DNA of 57,798 nucleotides, from NCBI GenBank assembly GCA_051942205.1, contig JAVECO010000020.1, positions 124,001-181,798 of the forward strand, read 5' to 3'. Of this stretch, positions 11,236 through 23,964 are shown piece after piece. The notes under the pieces are model-generated. The model was given only the letters and a program-made list of their open reading frames with translations, was not told the DNA's origin and searched no databases. Origin of the DNA: Coniocarpon cinnabarinum (lineage: Eukaryota). Position 1 is the first letter of the stretch; every line of letters begins with the position of its first letter. The translations under genes and the position numbers were made by a program.

Positions 11236-12631
11236 TCATAAATTCCTCTTCCATAGTCGAGGTTGAAGAAGCAATGGCCACACAGGAAAGTCATCGTAAA
11301 ATGAGTCGTGGCGATATGTTCGGACGTCCCTGTCCGCTCCGCATGCAATTAAAAATTGGCACAATACATGATGCCAACCTTGCGCAGCGAACTAGGTATC
11401 AAGATCAATAGGAGACAGCGATTAATTGGTATTTAAAGCCAGTGGACTTAAGTTGGAGCTTACATGTAAAGGGGTCCGTCCGTTTGCGTCCACGTCTCTA
11501 TGTGATGCTCGTCCAGCACTGAACAACGCTTGAACGCCGCTCACGTCACCTTTCGACTGAGCTGCAGCACTTCCGCATCGTCAGGCATGGACCGTGCAAC
11601 GCCGATATTTGATGGTATCGGCAATTGACCAATGCGCCCCGAAATGACATAAATGAGGCCAAGGGAAGTCAGCCATTGTGGCGGAACAAAACTGAACAGG
11701 GTGTCTTCTTCGAGAGCACGGAGTAGCCGCTATCTTCGGTAGGATCAAATTGAATCTACCGAGTACGTAGATTCAATCGAAGGGTGCCCAAGAAGGTTTC
11801 AAACGTTCTAGCTTTCCTGTATGTTCTGCGTTTTGGTAATACTGCGGCTCGAGCAAGGGACGATCCTTTAAGATCATCCTCGGGACCCTGAAGTGCAATT
11901 TGGGATGGAACTTGACGCGTGCTAGGACGAGATCAAGTAGATTCAATGTCAAGGCTTGTTGAGGACTTGCTGTCTGTAATATATGCATGTCCAGTTGCGC
12001 TTGCAGATTGGCACGACCTTGGTCAGCCAAGCCATTGCACAAAAGTTCATCTTGATTTGCAAAATGTCTCACTGCTATAGTATTCATTTTCTCTGAGAGA
12101 GCATGTATGCTTTGTGCTTGGTGGTTTTGCTGGTGACTTGACGCGTGCCTATGACGGACGCAAGGAGGTCTTAGCACGCCGAATCCCAATGATCGACTTG
12201 GTGATCAATGACAACATACTGCTGATCAAGAAGCATAGCCAGGGTCAATGTTTGTTTGACTTGAGCCAAGAAACGTAATATTTTCTGAACTCTCCCATTT
12301 GAGAGCACAGCACGAATGGCCGCCCATTTACGCTTGCGAGTTTTCTTGCTGCCCAAATCGGACTCTACATCGCTGGTAATCGCTCTGATTCTTTGAACCT
12401 GTCTAAACATTGATTCACAGCGGACAAGGCCAGGGGTGAGGGTGTATGTTCTTGCGCTTATGGTTTGATTTGCTTGAGGACATTCATGAGCATGTCAAGC
12501 TCCAGTCGGATGTTGGTGACATCTTCTGGAGCTTGCTGGACCGACCGGCAGAACTTCACAGATTCCCAAATGCTCCGAAGAGCTACTTGGGTCAAGGTTG
12601 CCACACGCGCTGCTGCTGATACCCCGTCCAT
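11236..12631 (-). pseudogene. Disrupted HeLo-like (fungal STAND N-terminal) domain + ankyrin-repeat gene
   Basis: ATG 12631 gives MDGVSAAARVATLTQVA...QQAPEDVTNIRLELDML, then an in-frame TAA at 12460-12458. After a frameshift: KRKWAAIRAVL...QVKQTLTLAM. Further on: FSFVPPQWL...RSMPDDAEV, a frameshift at ~11552, GDVSGVQALFSAGRASHRDVDANGRTPLH, intron 11463-11392, then FAAQGWHHVLCQFLIACGAD (a canonical ankyrin repeat). Confidence 0.8.
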
Positions 12632-13096
12632 TACATCAACTCTAGTCCCCTTATGCCGAAGATAAGAGGAACTTAGATGGAGAATCAGGGCGTCTACTTT
12701 GAGGCTGTTCAGGAGCTGGTTGCCTTACGACAGGGCAAGAGAAAACCGCGAAGGCTGTGCAGCTGTACGTACCAAAGCACAGACCAGCTCTGCTGCAGAG
12801 GGAGGCATTGACTTAAGTGCTGCAAGATGAGTTGAAATCAAAGCGAACAAAACGCTGTAGGTCCAAGATGGTGTGTATGAATTGTCTGTTGCAGGGCTGA
12901 CTATTGCCCCCGCACGGATTGCATGAGATGCAATGTTATTGGTCATTAACAAAATGCTGCCAGGGCTGCTTTGCGCCCAAGAATCCTGAAACGAGTTCAT
13001 AATACACGGAGTCTTCGTATTGAATTCAAACGCCAGGTAATGCAGATGGCCTATTGGCTCTTGAGCCAAAACCTCTCTGGGACACGTTCGCCTCAA

Positions 13097-15427
13097 TCAA
13101 TCAATCGCTTCTTTGTAAGGGGTCATCAAGGGACTCCTTACACGATTCGGGCTGACTCCTCGACTTCTACGCCCATCGCCAAGCGTCAGCGGTGCAGGTG
13201 CAAGTCTCTCCCTGCTTGCCCTGTTCGAAGCCATTCCGCTCAGTCCCAGACCAATACCTTCAAAATAGCTATTCCGATTGCTGTTCAGGCCGATTGAGCT
13301 TGCAGTGGGACTGTAATTGCCTTTTCTGGGACTGCCAGTGGCAGTGCCTGGGGTGGCGCGTTTTCGACCGCTGGATTTGCTGGCGATGGAATGTCGAGCT
13401 GAACCCTCGCCCTCGCTGCCTGCATCCGAGGAACTGCTGCTGAGCGCACCGAGCTCGAACTCGCCTGCTGCGGCTGCCATGTCCCCTTCTTCCATCACGC
13501 GGTCATATTTCCCACCACTTTCGCCGCGATTTAGTCGAAGCTTCCGTGAAAGCCCGCCAGCTGAGGTGGGCGTTCCAGGAGGCCGTCGCCACGGGAAGAT
13601 TTTGCGGAAGAAGTTGTTCCGTCGATCGCGCCCGCATAGGAGGATAAGTGCGATCAAAATGATGAGAAGGATGAACAGCAGGCCTGGTGTCCGTTTGGGA
13701 TGGTGCATCAGCTGCTGCCGCCAGTCGGGATTCTGACCTTGCGAAGGGGACTCTAGACCAGGACGATCTGCATAGCTATGATCACTAGAGCCACCAATCG
13801 AAACGTCAGGCTTGCCACCGGCAGCTTCAAAGGCATCAGTGGAATGCGAGGGAACATTCTTCCCGAAGCCGACATCGTGACTTGAGTCGTCAGATGAGGG
13901 CACCATTGACGAGGCGTAGAGGATCATCTTTCCTAACGTCCATGAGACTTCAGTGTTGTCAATTTTGTTGACAGCCTGAAACGGAGCAAGATTGCCGTCT
14001 TGCTTGGCAGAGTTCAGTGTATTTTTGGTGGTGTTGAGGGCGGAAGCGTAGGCCTGGTTGGTTTCCAACCCTTCGCGAGGGATACCGAACCCCTCGTGGA
14101 GGAGATTGAGGAGCCAAGACGCCTTGAAACAGACTTCACCGGCCGTCTGCTTGTCGACGTTGTTGCCATACTTGTTGATGCTGACTTCTTTCTCGATGGT
14201 GTTCCAGTCTTGACCGCAGAATTCATTAACGCGCTGTTGGTATGTCTTGAAGTCGTAAGCGCGATCCTTCTGGTTCTTTTCAAACACATCATGTGTTGTA
14301 TGCCAGTATTCCGAGACGCCCACAAAATGATTGATGTCGAAATCGATGGCGGGTACATGTCTGCCATTGAACAGACACGGATCATCCTTACATACCGCAT
14401 CTTTGTCCAATAGAGGAAATGTTCGAGCCATGCATTCAGAAAACTTCCCCGTACCGATAAAGTGTGGTGGCCGATCCGCGTGTTTTGGCAGATCGGCAAA
14501 GTGCTCCAAATCTTTTACCATCCCTTTCGGCAGGCACGGATCAGGTATCTCTGCCTCAGGTTGCACGTCCACATGGCTAATGAGCTCCTTGGTATAACGA
14601 CTCTTGGCCTCATTCACGCCGTAGCCCAACCATGTCGTGACAAAGACTTGATACTCCTGCGAGCCGCCATCTGTGGATCGTAACCGAACAGTGTGTAAGT
14701 CATTGCTGTGCTTTTCAACTTCGGTTGAATTTGGCGCGAAAGCAATTTGCGCCGAAGCACCGCCCAGATCCAGGAAGCCATAGGTGTGATGCTTGGTCGC
14801 GTTCTCGTTCGAATACGGATCATTGAAGCCACCGAGGAGGTAGTTCGTAGCCAGCCAACCATACAGACCCTCTGTCTCACCCGAGATCGCTTGCACCTGC
14901 AAATTGCAGTCCGGCAGGAGGAACCTGGTGTGCTTTCTGGTATATGTGCAAACATTGGACAACAGTTCTTGTCTTTGGCGATCTGGAAGTAGTCGAACGC
15001 CTGCGGTGGCCAAGAGAAAGATAGGCGTCACCTCGATGTCATCTTTGGGTATGACTTTCTGCGCATGGTCTAGCAATTCCCTCAGATGCTGACCTCCTAC
15101 AACCTCTGGCTTCTCTCCAAAAGTCGAGATGCCAGGATGCACCTTCTTCGTCCATTCCTTCTTGGTCTTGATCGCCGGCAATTTTCGCAGCTCATCTGCT
15201 GAAGCCCCTACTCTTGCATCTTCAGCATTGGGCCACTTGTAGATGTGTAATCGAGTTCCCTGTCACTTTGTTAGTTGAAACCACTTCCAGCTTTGGTTGA
15301 GCAATTCCCAACACACAGAGGAACCGGCGTCTAAGACAACACCATATCGGTCTATACGACTACGTTAGCAGATGTGTCCCGCCGAGCCAGGCCGCTACTG
15401 TTGGTGATTGAACATACGCTTCCCCAT
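13097..15427 (-). CDS. YND1: Golgi apyrase / nucleoside diphosphatase, GDA1/CD39 family (introns 15417-15352, 15316-15260)
   Basis: ACR motifs YGVVLDAGSS|GTR, ATAGVRLL, ISGETEGLYGW, DLGGASAQI and VSWTLG. C-terminal TM helix (GLLFILLIILIALILL) with a cytoplasmic tail, which is Ynd1 rather than Gda1 topology. Confidence 0.93.
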
Positions 15428-15879
15428 GGCCCCCTAGAAGTCCAGCCTTGCGAGCCCAGCGGTATTCAGTTTAATTGACGGGCGGACTTCAGAGAGGACT
15501 TTCGTCAAAAAGCAGACAAGCGAGTGACGTCTGCGGAAGGATTCAAACGAGGGACAACGATAGGTTCGTTAGAAGTGAAAAACGAGGACTCGGTGTCGAA
15601 CAAGCCGAGGAGGGCTGAGGAAAGGAGGGATTGCGTGGCCCCAAACAATGCTTGCCCTGAGACATTTCCACGGCCTGTGATTGGTGAGCGAAGCTTGGAT
15701 TGATCGGCCGCTAAAATCATCTGGCAGGGTTCCTTATCACGGCACACGGACAAGGGCGCTGACATAAGCCGTGGTGTACGAGTTGTCATCCTCTACCCAG
15801 GTACTCCTGTGGTCCGTCTCATTCTGGACAAGACGTTGAGTCTGAGCAAGATCAGACAAGCCAGACCGTGTGACTCGCC

Positions 15880-16762
15880 ATGAAGACGCCTCTCCGTATC
15901 GCCATCCTTGAATGCGATACTCCATTACCGGATGTCAAAAAGAAATATGGCGGATACGGCCCAATTTTCAAGACATTGCTCGAAAAGGGTGCCGATGCTT
16001 TGCAACGACCAGACATTTCCTCTAAGACTGGACTAGAGACTACATACTTTGACGTTGTCACCAAACAGGAATATCCAAATGTCGATGATATTGATGCTGT
16101 GCTTTTGACCGGGTCAAGTAGGTCCTCTTTGCTCTACCAAATTTATTCCAGGTTATGCTAAGAAACAAGAGCATAACTCTTTTGACAACGACGAATGGAT
16201 ATTGAAGCTGGTGACGTTTACCGAGCAGCTTCTCAAGCAGAATCGGGTCCGTGTGATCGGTGTGTGCTACGGTCATCAGATCGTGGGCCGCGCCCTGCAG
16301 GCGCCGGTCGGCCGCAGCGATAAGGGGTGGGAGACCAGTGTGGCACTGGTGAAGCTGACCGAGAAAGGCCAAGATCTGTTTGGCAAGGACATAATGGTGC
16401 GTCGGTGCTACTCTGAGCAATTCACTTGCAGTACCCCGATCTAAGCGGTGTTCTAATTTGTCAACTTGCAGAGCATACACCAGATGCATCAGGACGTAGT
16501 GTACCAGTACCCACCGCATGTGGAGCATCTCGGCCACTCGCCTCGATGCGATGTGCAGGGCATGTACAAGAAGAACAGCCTGATCACCGTTCAAGGACAC
16601 CCTGAGTTCAACGAAGAGATTATGCGAGAGCTGCTGGAGGCGCGACACTCTCAGGGAATCTTCGGTGACGATGTGTACAAAGACGGCATGAAGAGGGTAG
16701 CAAACCACCATGATGGCGTGGTGGTGGCGAGTGCATTCCTGAAGTTCTTGCTGGAGGACTAG
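15880..16762 (+). CDS. Class I glutamine amidotransferase-like protein (introns 16118-16169, 16397-16471)
   Basis: RIAILECD, LTGS|KHNSF, nucleophile GVCYGHQ, HQD, and QGHPE completing the Cys-His-Glu triad. Confidence 0.93.
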
Positions 16763-18386
16763 AGGGCAGATGCAGCGTGGGGAATGCCTGCAAAGTCATC
16801 TTGAGTAAGGACACAAACATTGGTGATACAAGGTGGAGCAGGCTGCGCTCTTACCAGACGACTAGTCACTTGAGTCCTTTCTCGTTCAACGAGTCAGCAC
16901 CCTCGCTCGCACCGATCACGTCCGCCGTTAACGAGCTATGGCTTGATGTGCGAGACGTCGCCTGCGTCGGCCAGTAGCATGCCAGGACTGAACGCGTAAT
17001 GACTTGGTATACACTCCCTCAACTCATAGAGTCTGTCAGAGGCCGCGGTGTGTGGTCGAGCGAGTGGATGCAGATCAATAATGAAGGGCCACCACGAGAG
17101 CGTGACAACGGCTCGCGGGAAGGAATTGAGTGGATACTGTGCTCCAACCTCCAGTTGTGCCAGTCGTGGCCAGTACACCGTGGCAGGGTCGAGGGTTCTG
17201 CCGTGGCCCCCGGGCTGGCACAGCGACACGTGATGACCAAGTCCATGTTAGGTTTAGTACGCTTTTGACGACCTTCTTCACCTCAGGATGGATCCGAATG
17301 GAATCCCCCTTCATCTTCGACGCCGGTTGTTTCGACTCTTGATATTGCCTGCATTCGTCGTCGGTCCTGCTTCATTCTAGAGGCCTATGTGATACGACAG
17401 CTTCAGCTTCTATTTGTGTTGAACGGCGCAATGCACGCAGCTGCATTCGTACGCCTGCAATACCTGCTCGTCACCGTGCAGCACTAGCGGGGAAGTTGTG
17501 CCGTGTCGCTCATTTGCCAGACTGTACTCCGTAGCGTTGTGAGCGTCTCACATTGCGAGACGACAGCATGATCCTCATCTCTTTCCCGTGTCGCTGACAA
17601 GTGCCCTCCAGCACTTCTGGAAACGCTGTTCCACTCGCGGCGCAAAAGGCATTTGCATCACTTGTTCCAATGGCACGGATGGCTCTCGACCGACCAGGCA
17701 TGCAGCTGCCTTGTGCATGAGCGACGGCAGAAGAAACATTGAAAAAAACGTCACTTGTCAGACGTGCCGAAATGTGGCTGCAGCGCGCACTTTGCTGCCT
17801 TCGCGCGTGACGCCAATCCTCGTTGCTCTCTCCCTCTGGCGCGAGCGCAGAACAACATTTCCGAGCAAAGACTAGTCCTCATCCCGAAACCAACGCCCAC
17901 GCGTGCCACGCCCATCCATCACTCCCAGCCTAGCCCGCCCGGTGCTCGCCTGTTTCTTCCTCTGGCCTCTACGCCCACCGCCCTGCTCCCCCACGAGCCG
18001 TCCATGCACGCACGCATACGACCCTCACCCGCCCCTAGCTCGGATCCACCCACCGCCAGTATATCGACATGCTCTCCGACCGAACAAGTGGCCGTCGCGG
18101 TGACCCTTGGCCTGCGTGAGGACCACCGGAGGCCCCGGCCGCCGGCCATGCATACTATATTCGGACGCTCATTCAATCCTCCGCTAGGTATGTAGGCCGC
18201 CAGGTCTGCATCTCTTGCTTTGCGTTGTTGTTAGTTGTCATTTATGCTTCTTCGCCTGCCTGGTAGTTTGCAACCTCTCCCCTTTCCCAGGCTTTCATGT
18301 TGTATTCGCCGCCGCGCTGCGTAGTCTGCTTCAGAAATTGAGTAGCTCTCGACGGCGTTGTTCGTCTTGAGCTGAAGTCGTCGAGG

Positions 18387-19458
18387 ATGTCCCTGTCATT
18401 GCTGGGCTGGACGGCCCTGCCTAATACTTTTCTGTTCTTTTTGTCTTGCCTACTGCCCCTCACGGCTCTGGCAGATACATGTTATTCTCCGAATGTATGT
18501 GCCTTACCAGGACGTCGAAAACATTTTCTGCAGCCATGCTAACGCAATGCCCAGGGTGCCGCAACGTCAGTGACTGGAGGAAACCTTCAAATACCGCTGC
18601 AAGCATGTCCCGCAGGTCCAGATGGTTTCGCGACGTGCTGTGCGGAAGGAGACACGTGTTCTGGTTCAAACCGCGTGTGCTACAACGGCGCCGGCTACAT
18701 CTGGCGCAACTTTTGCACCGATCCGACGTGGAAGTCAAGCAGCTGCTCGCCGCTATGTCGAGGAACATCCACCTTTGATAGCGGACCGGTACGTGTCCAA
18801 ACCCGACCTCCATCTTGCGGTGTTACCGTCTGTATGACGGACCTGCACAATTTCACATCTGGCGTTGAAATACTGACTCATGATCAAACAGGTACAACTT
18901 ACAGCCTGCTCAGACGGCACCATGTGCTGCGGCGGCAACAACACCGCCTGCTGCGACGCCCGCATGGGTCAATTCCCCTTCACGGGCGTCCCTATCAACT
19001 CCACCTCCGCAGGCCACCACAGCAAATCCCTCTCCGGCGGCGCAATCGGCGGCATCGTCGTCGGCGCAGTGGCTGCCCTCCTCCTCGCGGCCGTCCTCGT
19101 CCTTCTCCTCCTGCGCTTCCGCTCCGACCGCAACAAGAAGAACGCACCCGTCCCGCCCGGTCGATCCGATGTTACAGACTTCAGAGACCATGTCGGTTCA
19201 CCACGGACAACGACAACGGCGACGGCGACAATGGTGCCCTCGTTGCACAGCCAGCCCAGTTTTAAGGGCCATCACGACGTCCATCAGTATGCAATGGAGA
19301 AGACGCATCCGTACCAGTATCCCATGGATCGGGAACGGCCGTTGCCGGCTGTGCCACGGGCACCGGCACCGGTGCATGAGTTGCAGGGGAGTCACAACAC
19401 GCATGAGGTGTCGGGTCAGAGCCCGTGGGACCCGTCTACCAATGGCACCAAGAGTTGA
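18387..19458 (+). CDS. Type I membrane protein with Cys-rich ectodomain (Mid2/SKG6-like fungal surface sensor; introns 18495-18554, 18789-18891)
   Basis: Signal peptide MSLSLLGW...LTALA-DTCY; ectodomain CC....C...C...R..CTDPTW...C.PLC and C.DG.MCCG....CC; TM helix GAIGGIVVGAVAALLLAAVLVLLLL followed by basic residues; cytoplasmic HEL/HEV motifs. Confidence 0.82.
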
Positions 19459-21365
19459 AACGGTTCCACGTCGAAAAAGTCACTGGATGCTGTATACTAG
19501 CCAATAAGTTCTCCTTCGAATGGCCAGGAACACGACTTGATGTTCTTTGAAATACTTGAGCTGCCTTGAAGCCCAGCCCAGCCCCGCCCTGGTTCTGCTG
19601 TTAGCGATCAAGCGCTGGTGTGGCGTCAAGGACGTAGGGTTGGAGACGTTCGCGCTACTCACAAGAAGGGAAAGACGGGGCATAAACTGAGCGGAGAGAT
19701 GAAGAGTCAGTCGCGTAGTTCTTGATAGGCTCGCTGAAGAACAACAAAATACTTTCGCTATTTGTATCGCTGATTGATGACCTTCTCCCTCACCAGTGTC
19801 TCTCAGTCGCAAGTACTCATGTTCCTCAACAGCGGCCTGATCCAGTATCTTTCGGCGATATGACAGTATCGGTATCTCAAGCTAAGATCTTGCTTTGTAG
19901 CTCTTCGCCTTGCGGAGTGTCTTATGCACACCTCCGAACGTCAAATGAAACGACGCGCGCTGTGCTTTCGAACTCGCTGTTCTATAAATAGATCTTACGC
20001 TCACAAGATAGGCTGTTCATCCTTCAGTCGACTATTAATACGCACCTTGCATAAGGATAAAACTCATACTCAAGATCAGTAGCAATGTTGAGCGCACTTT
20101 AGCGTGTCATTGTCATTAACATGACCTGAAAGAGTAGTCATGTGTAAACTGGCTTGCATGTTAGGTGGTTCAAAAGCTTCACCTCAGCATAGCCACCGGC
20201 CCTCAAGAGGGGATTCAACAAAGAAGCTATTTCAAGTGCTGTGTATTTAAGTTGAGCATATGAAGTAACCTAGATGGGCTGAGCTACGGCGTGAAGCAAA
20301 GTGGAGTGAAGATGACAAGGTAGAGTTGAGTGATCGCGCAAAGTAGATGTTCATTGACAGAATATGAAGTAAGCACGTAAAGCAAGAGGTGATGGTATGG
20401 TTCAGCAACACTGCAGAGCAAGATCCTGATAAGCAGTGTCAAGCCTTCCACGGCAAAGCGCTATGTGAAGTAAAGACTTAATAGCTCAATTACAGTAGGG
20501 ACAAGTGCTATTTACCGGCTTCGCTGTCGTGCAGCTGTGTCACTGAGAGGCTGACGTAGTTTTTCAGCTTCATAAAAGCTAAACCGCGCAGAGTGTTTGT
20601 GCACCTGCTAATCAGTACTGTTGTGTTTGCTGAAGAATAGCATAGAGTATTATCGACGCTCTGGGTATGTCACTCTTCTCCAAGCCAGCTAAATGATGGC
20701 CTCAAACCTATGTTAGCCGCTCATCTGTCCAAGAACCAAACATGTTGCACCGTCGACGGCAGCAGTATGCTGGTGGTAAGTCATCGATGCTTAGCCTCGC
20801 CCCTGAGCAGACCTTGTTGTGGCTTTTACTGTGTATGGCGCCCGTAGGAAGATCTGAGCCTGCCGCGTCCTCTCAGCGATACCACCAGTACCTGTCACCA
20901 CGTGATTTTCACATGCTTGTAAACACCCTGACATTATGTCACCCCGGTCGACCCTCTACGCCTCACATTAGGGAAACCCATTAACTCCTGTCATCTCACC
21001 ACAGCGCGTGATTCGTACTGATCTGCAGATTCCAGTAAGTCCTTGCAAGGTATACTCAAATGCCCGAGTGTACCAGTCAATGCTGTTGCGATAGTTGAAA
21101 TCTCTACTTCATTAACAGCGTTCCGAACTTGAAGCCCTTTTCCTTTGTTTCTATGCCTGAGTCACATCATCACGTGTCCGTCCTGCCTGAGCTTGAAAGG
21201 CCTCTGGCTACGTGAAAATCCTCACTAGGATGTATGTCCACCACGCAGCCGCCACCGGGCGCTCTCTTCTTCAACGATTCGATTGTAGGCCTCTCACACT
21301 TATTCAAAAAATAACGCTTGCTTTCTCCGTTCATCAAGACCAATCCTGCAGTCAGGCGAAGCACA

Positions 21366-22127
21366 ATGACATCTTCCCCACGTGACGAGACTGATTCCGA
21401 CAAAGCGGATGAGTATTACGCCAATAACGTGACCCTCGAGACGTTGCCCGCAGAAGGCCAACAGCTACTCCAAGATTACAGCGACATCGCGCCCCAAGAC
21501 ATTCTGCCACACGTGTTAGCTGTAGTGATACGCTCCCTTGCCTGTTGATGAATCCAACATCGAACGCTAACCATTCCTCAGCGCGAAAAGGGCTGGGCAA
21601 TTGCCCATTTCGCATGCATCGGCCAGATTCGTTGCCACGATCGCCGGCTCACCAGCGTTCCGTATTCCCCGGCTTTCCTGTCCCAGCTTGGCGCCGGTGC
21701 CAACTTCCTCGATGTCGGCTGCGGAATCGGCCAGGAATTGCGGTACCTTGCGAAGGAGGGCGTCCCCTTGGCGCAGCTCCACGCTTTCGACCTTGAAAAA
21801 GACCTGATCGATCTCGGATTCGAGCTTTTCCGCGACGGCGAACGTATGGGCTCCAGAATTGTGCAAGCCGATATGCTTGCGTCGCTCGCGACTCAGCCCC
21901 ATCTCCGCGCCTGGGCTGGCAGCATGGACCTCATACAGGCCTCGCAGATGCTTCATGTCTTTGACTATGACGATATGTTTCGTGCAGCGGTGACACTCGT
22001 TGGCTTGTCGCGCCCATGTCCTGGCACCTTGATCGCCGGCACGCAGATCGGTAGCCGAAACCCCGGATCATATTTCACTAGATGCCATACGCTCATCAAC
22101 GTGACAAGCTGCATGTACTGCCCCTGA
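21366..22127 (+). CDS. SAM-dependent methyltransferase, AusD/Trt5/UstM-like; C terminus appears truncated (intron 21525-21581)
   Basis: LL.DYS.I....I..HV...R.KGW....F.CIG, FLDVGCGIGQELRYL, DLGFELFRD and LHVFDYD motifs of this fungal secondary-metabolism methyltransferase family. Confidence 0.8.
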
Positions 22128-22489
22128 AATGCTATTGATAACGAAACCCTCTTCCTGTTTCTATACGTCTATCACAAGGGCCTTGGAAGCTCTGAAACGA
22201 GCGTGACGGAGACTTGGTTCTAACGAGGGGCTTCGATCCGAACAAATTCTCTCTCGAACTCCAGTCGTTTTTGTTGTCACCTGGATTGTTGGTCGTATTG
22301 TGCTGGATGAATGACAGGACCCTTTGAGCAGTTGATCCTTCGAGCTTGAAAGAGTTTAATGGCGAGGCGCCTCGATTCTCGAAAGAGATGGGAGGAAATG
22401 ACAGCGGCGATCAACTGCGTATCGACGTGGAAGCAATGCTGGAGCCTTGCGCGATTGTGCTTCCAATTCCCCACTTTTGCGGAGGTACT

Positions 22490-23964
22490 TCATTGGGTCA
22501 TGGACCTTGGCCGGCCCAGGAATCTATTGTCCTTTCTCCAAGACATCAGCTGGCTGTCTCTCAATGCCGTGAACATATCTTCAAGCCCTTGCAAAGGCCT
22601 AAGGAAGCTGTTCGTGATGCAAGGTGGACCGTCATTGGCCCAGGATCGTGATGGCTGGTGGGCTGATGACGTACGGTTGCTGTTTGAAATTGAGGATGAC
22701 CGACCAAGTAGCCGCTGACCAACTCTTGCAACAGTCGTAGACCAGTATGCTCGAAACACTGCTGGCACGTAGGGCATGCAGCTACAAAGTACTCCGATAG
22801 AGCATTCTAGGACCCTGTGCATAAGTTCGTCAGAAACCGAAACATGTGATAACGTTTCTTCGAACGTACGCGAAAAGCATTTCCACCGGCTCCTCCCAGA
22901 AGGGATCTTCTTGAAAAATTCTCGCGCCAGCTATTCGGTAATAAAGTCCCCAAACACTCGCTACCAAGGCACTGAAAATGGAAGAGTCAGCTAGGATGCA
23001 GAGACCTGCATGACTCTGTTCCTTAAACTTACAGGGCTCCACTGGCGAAAACTGATATAACGCCACATTTTCTTTTCAAAGGCATGTTGAGGGTCCAAAC
23101 CACCTTTACGGGTAGGATGTATATGAATATGTCCATGGAGACTCCCCAAATACCTTGAATCAGAGCCGCAATGCTCACGGCTCTTCTGCAGGCTGAAGTT
23201 GTCATTTTGAGCCAGTTTTCGTGGTGGCCAGGGACACATATGGCGCCAGCAGCGGTATTTGGTGCCAGAGAAACGACGAGATTCAAGGCAATGCCTGCAT
23301 AGGACGACCATTTCATCCAGGTGTATATCCCAAAAGTGTTGACGTAGAGCAGTAGAATCGGAAGCTTGGCGAGGAAGGCCGTGGGGCCATACAGGATCTG
23401 ACCCATGATTATAGAAACCTCTGATTTTAGTAACAAGTAATTTCGCACAGTCTTATCGCTACATTGCGTACCTGGCCAAATCTTGAAGTCATGTCATGTG
23501 CCGGGATGTCGTAGCCATGTGGTCCAAGAACTTTCAGCACTGTTCATATGGGTGAGCTTGACAGAACGACAACGGACGATCGAGCATCAGTAAAACAAGA
23601 GCAGAAATTCATAACAATCTTACACCAAAAAGCCCCACCGCAGTAGGTTGTAATCACTGTCTTTCCTGTTTGTTAGAGGACATCCTGCGCATTACGAAAA
23701 TCAAGCAACTAACCACAGCGAGAGTAGTCCAAGCTAAAAGGCAATGTCAGACATTATGTGCTCTTTGGCTGCACAACATCACCCACCGTCATCATAGCCA
23801 AGCTGTCGCAGGATAACGCTCTTGGCGTAGATTCGAACGAAAAACATGAGCCACATTAAGGCGAGACATATAGAAATAGTTGTGACCACCACAGGTGCTC
23901 GCGTCTCAGGGTTGATATAGTTCGGGACGTGTCCAGGGGGTGGAGGCACTGCTGGAATTTCCAT
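22490..23964 (-). CDS. PTH11-like integral membrane protein (fungal rhodopsin domain), multi-exon
   Basis: PPPPG.VPNY.NP N terminus, VRIYAK...LGYDD, AKLPILLLY, D.FIYILPV..VW.LNM...RK, and E...GV.CSCMP. Internal exon boundaries are not all resolved. Confidence 0.88.

Noticed and set aside
16777..17900. Dense small ORFs downstream of the amidotransferase
   Set aside because: Minus-strand translation by hand and the ORF-track peptides gave no family motif or coherent exon chain; expected in GC-rich DNA.
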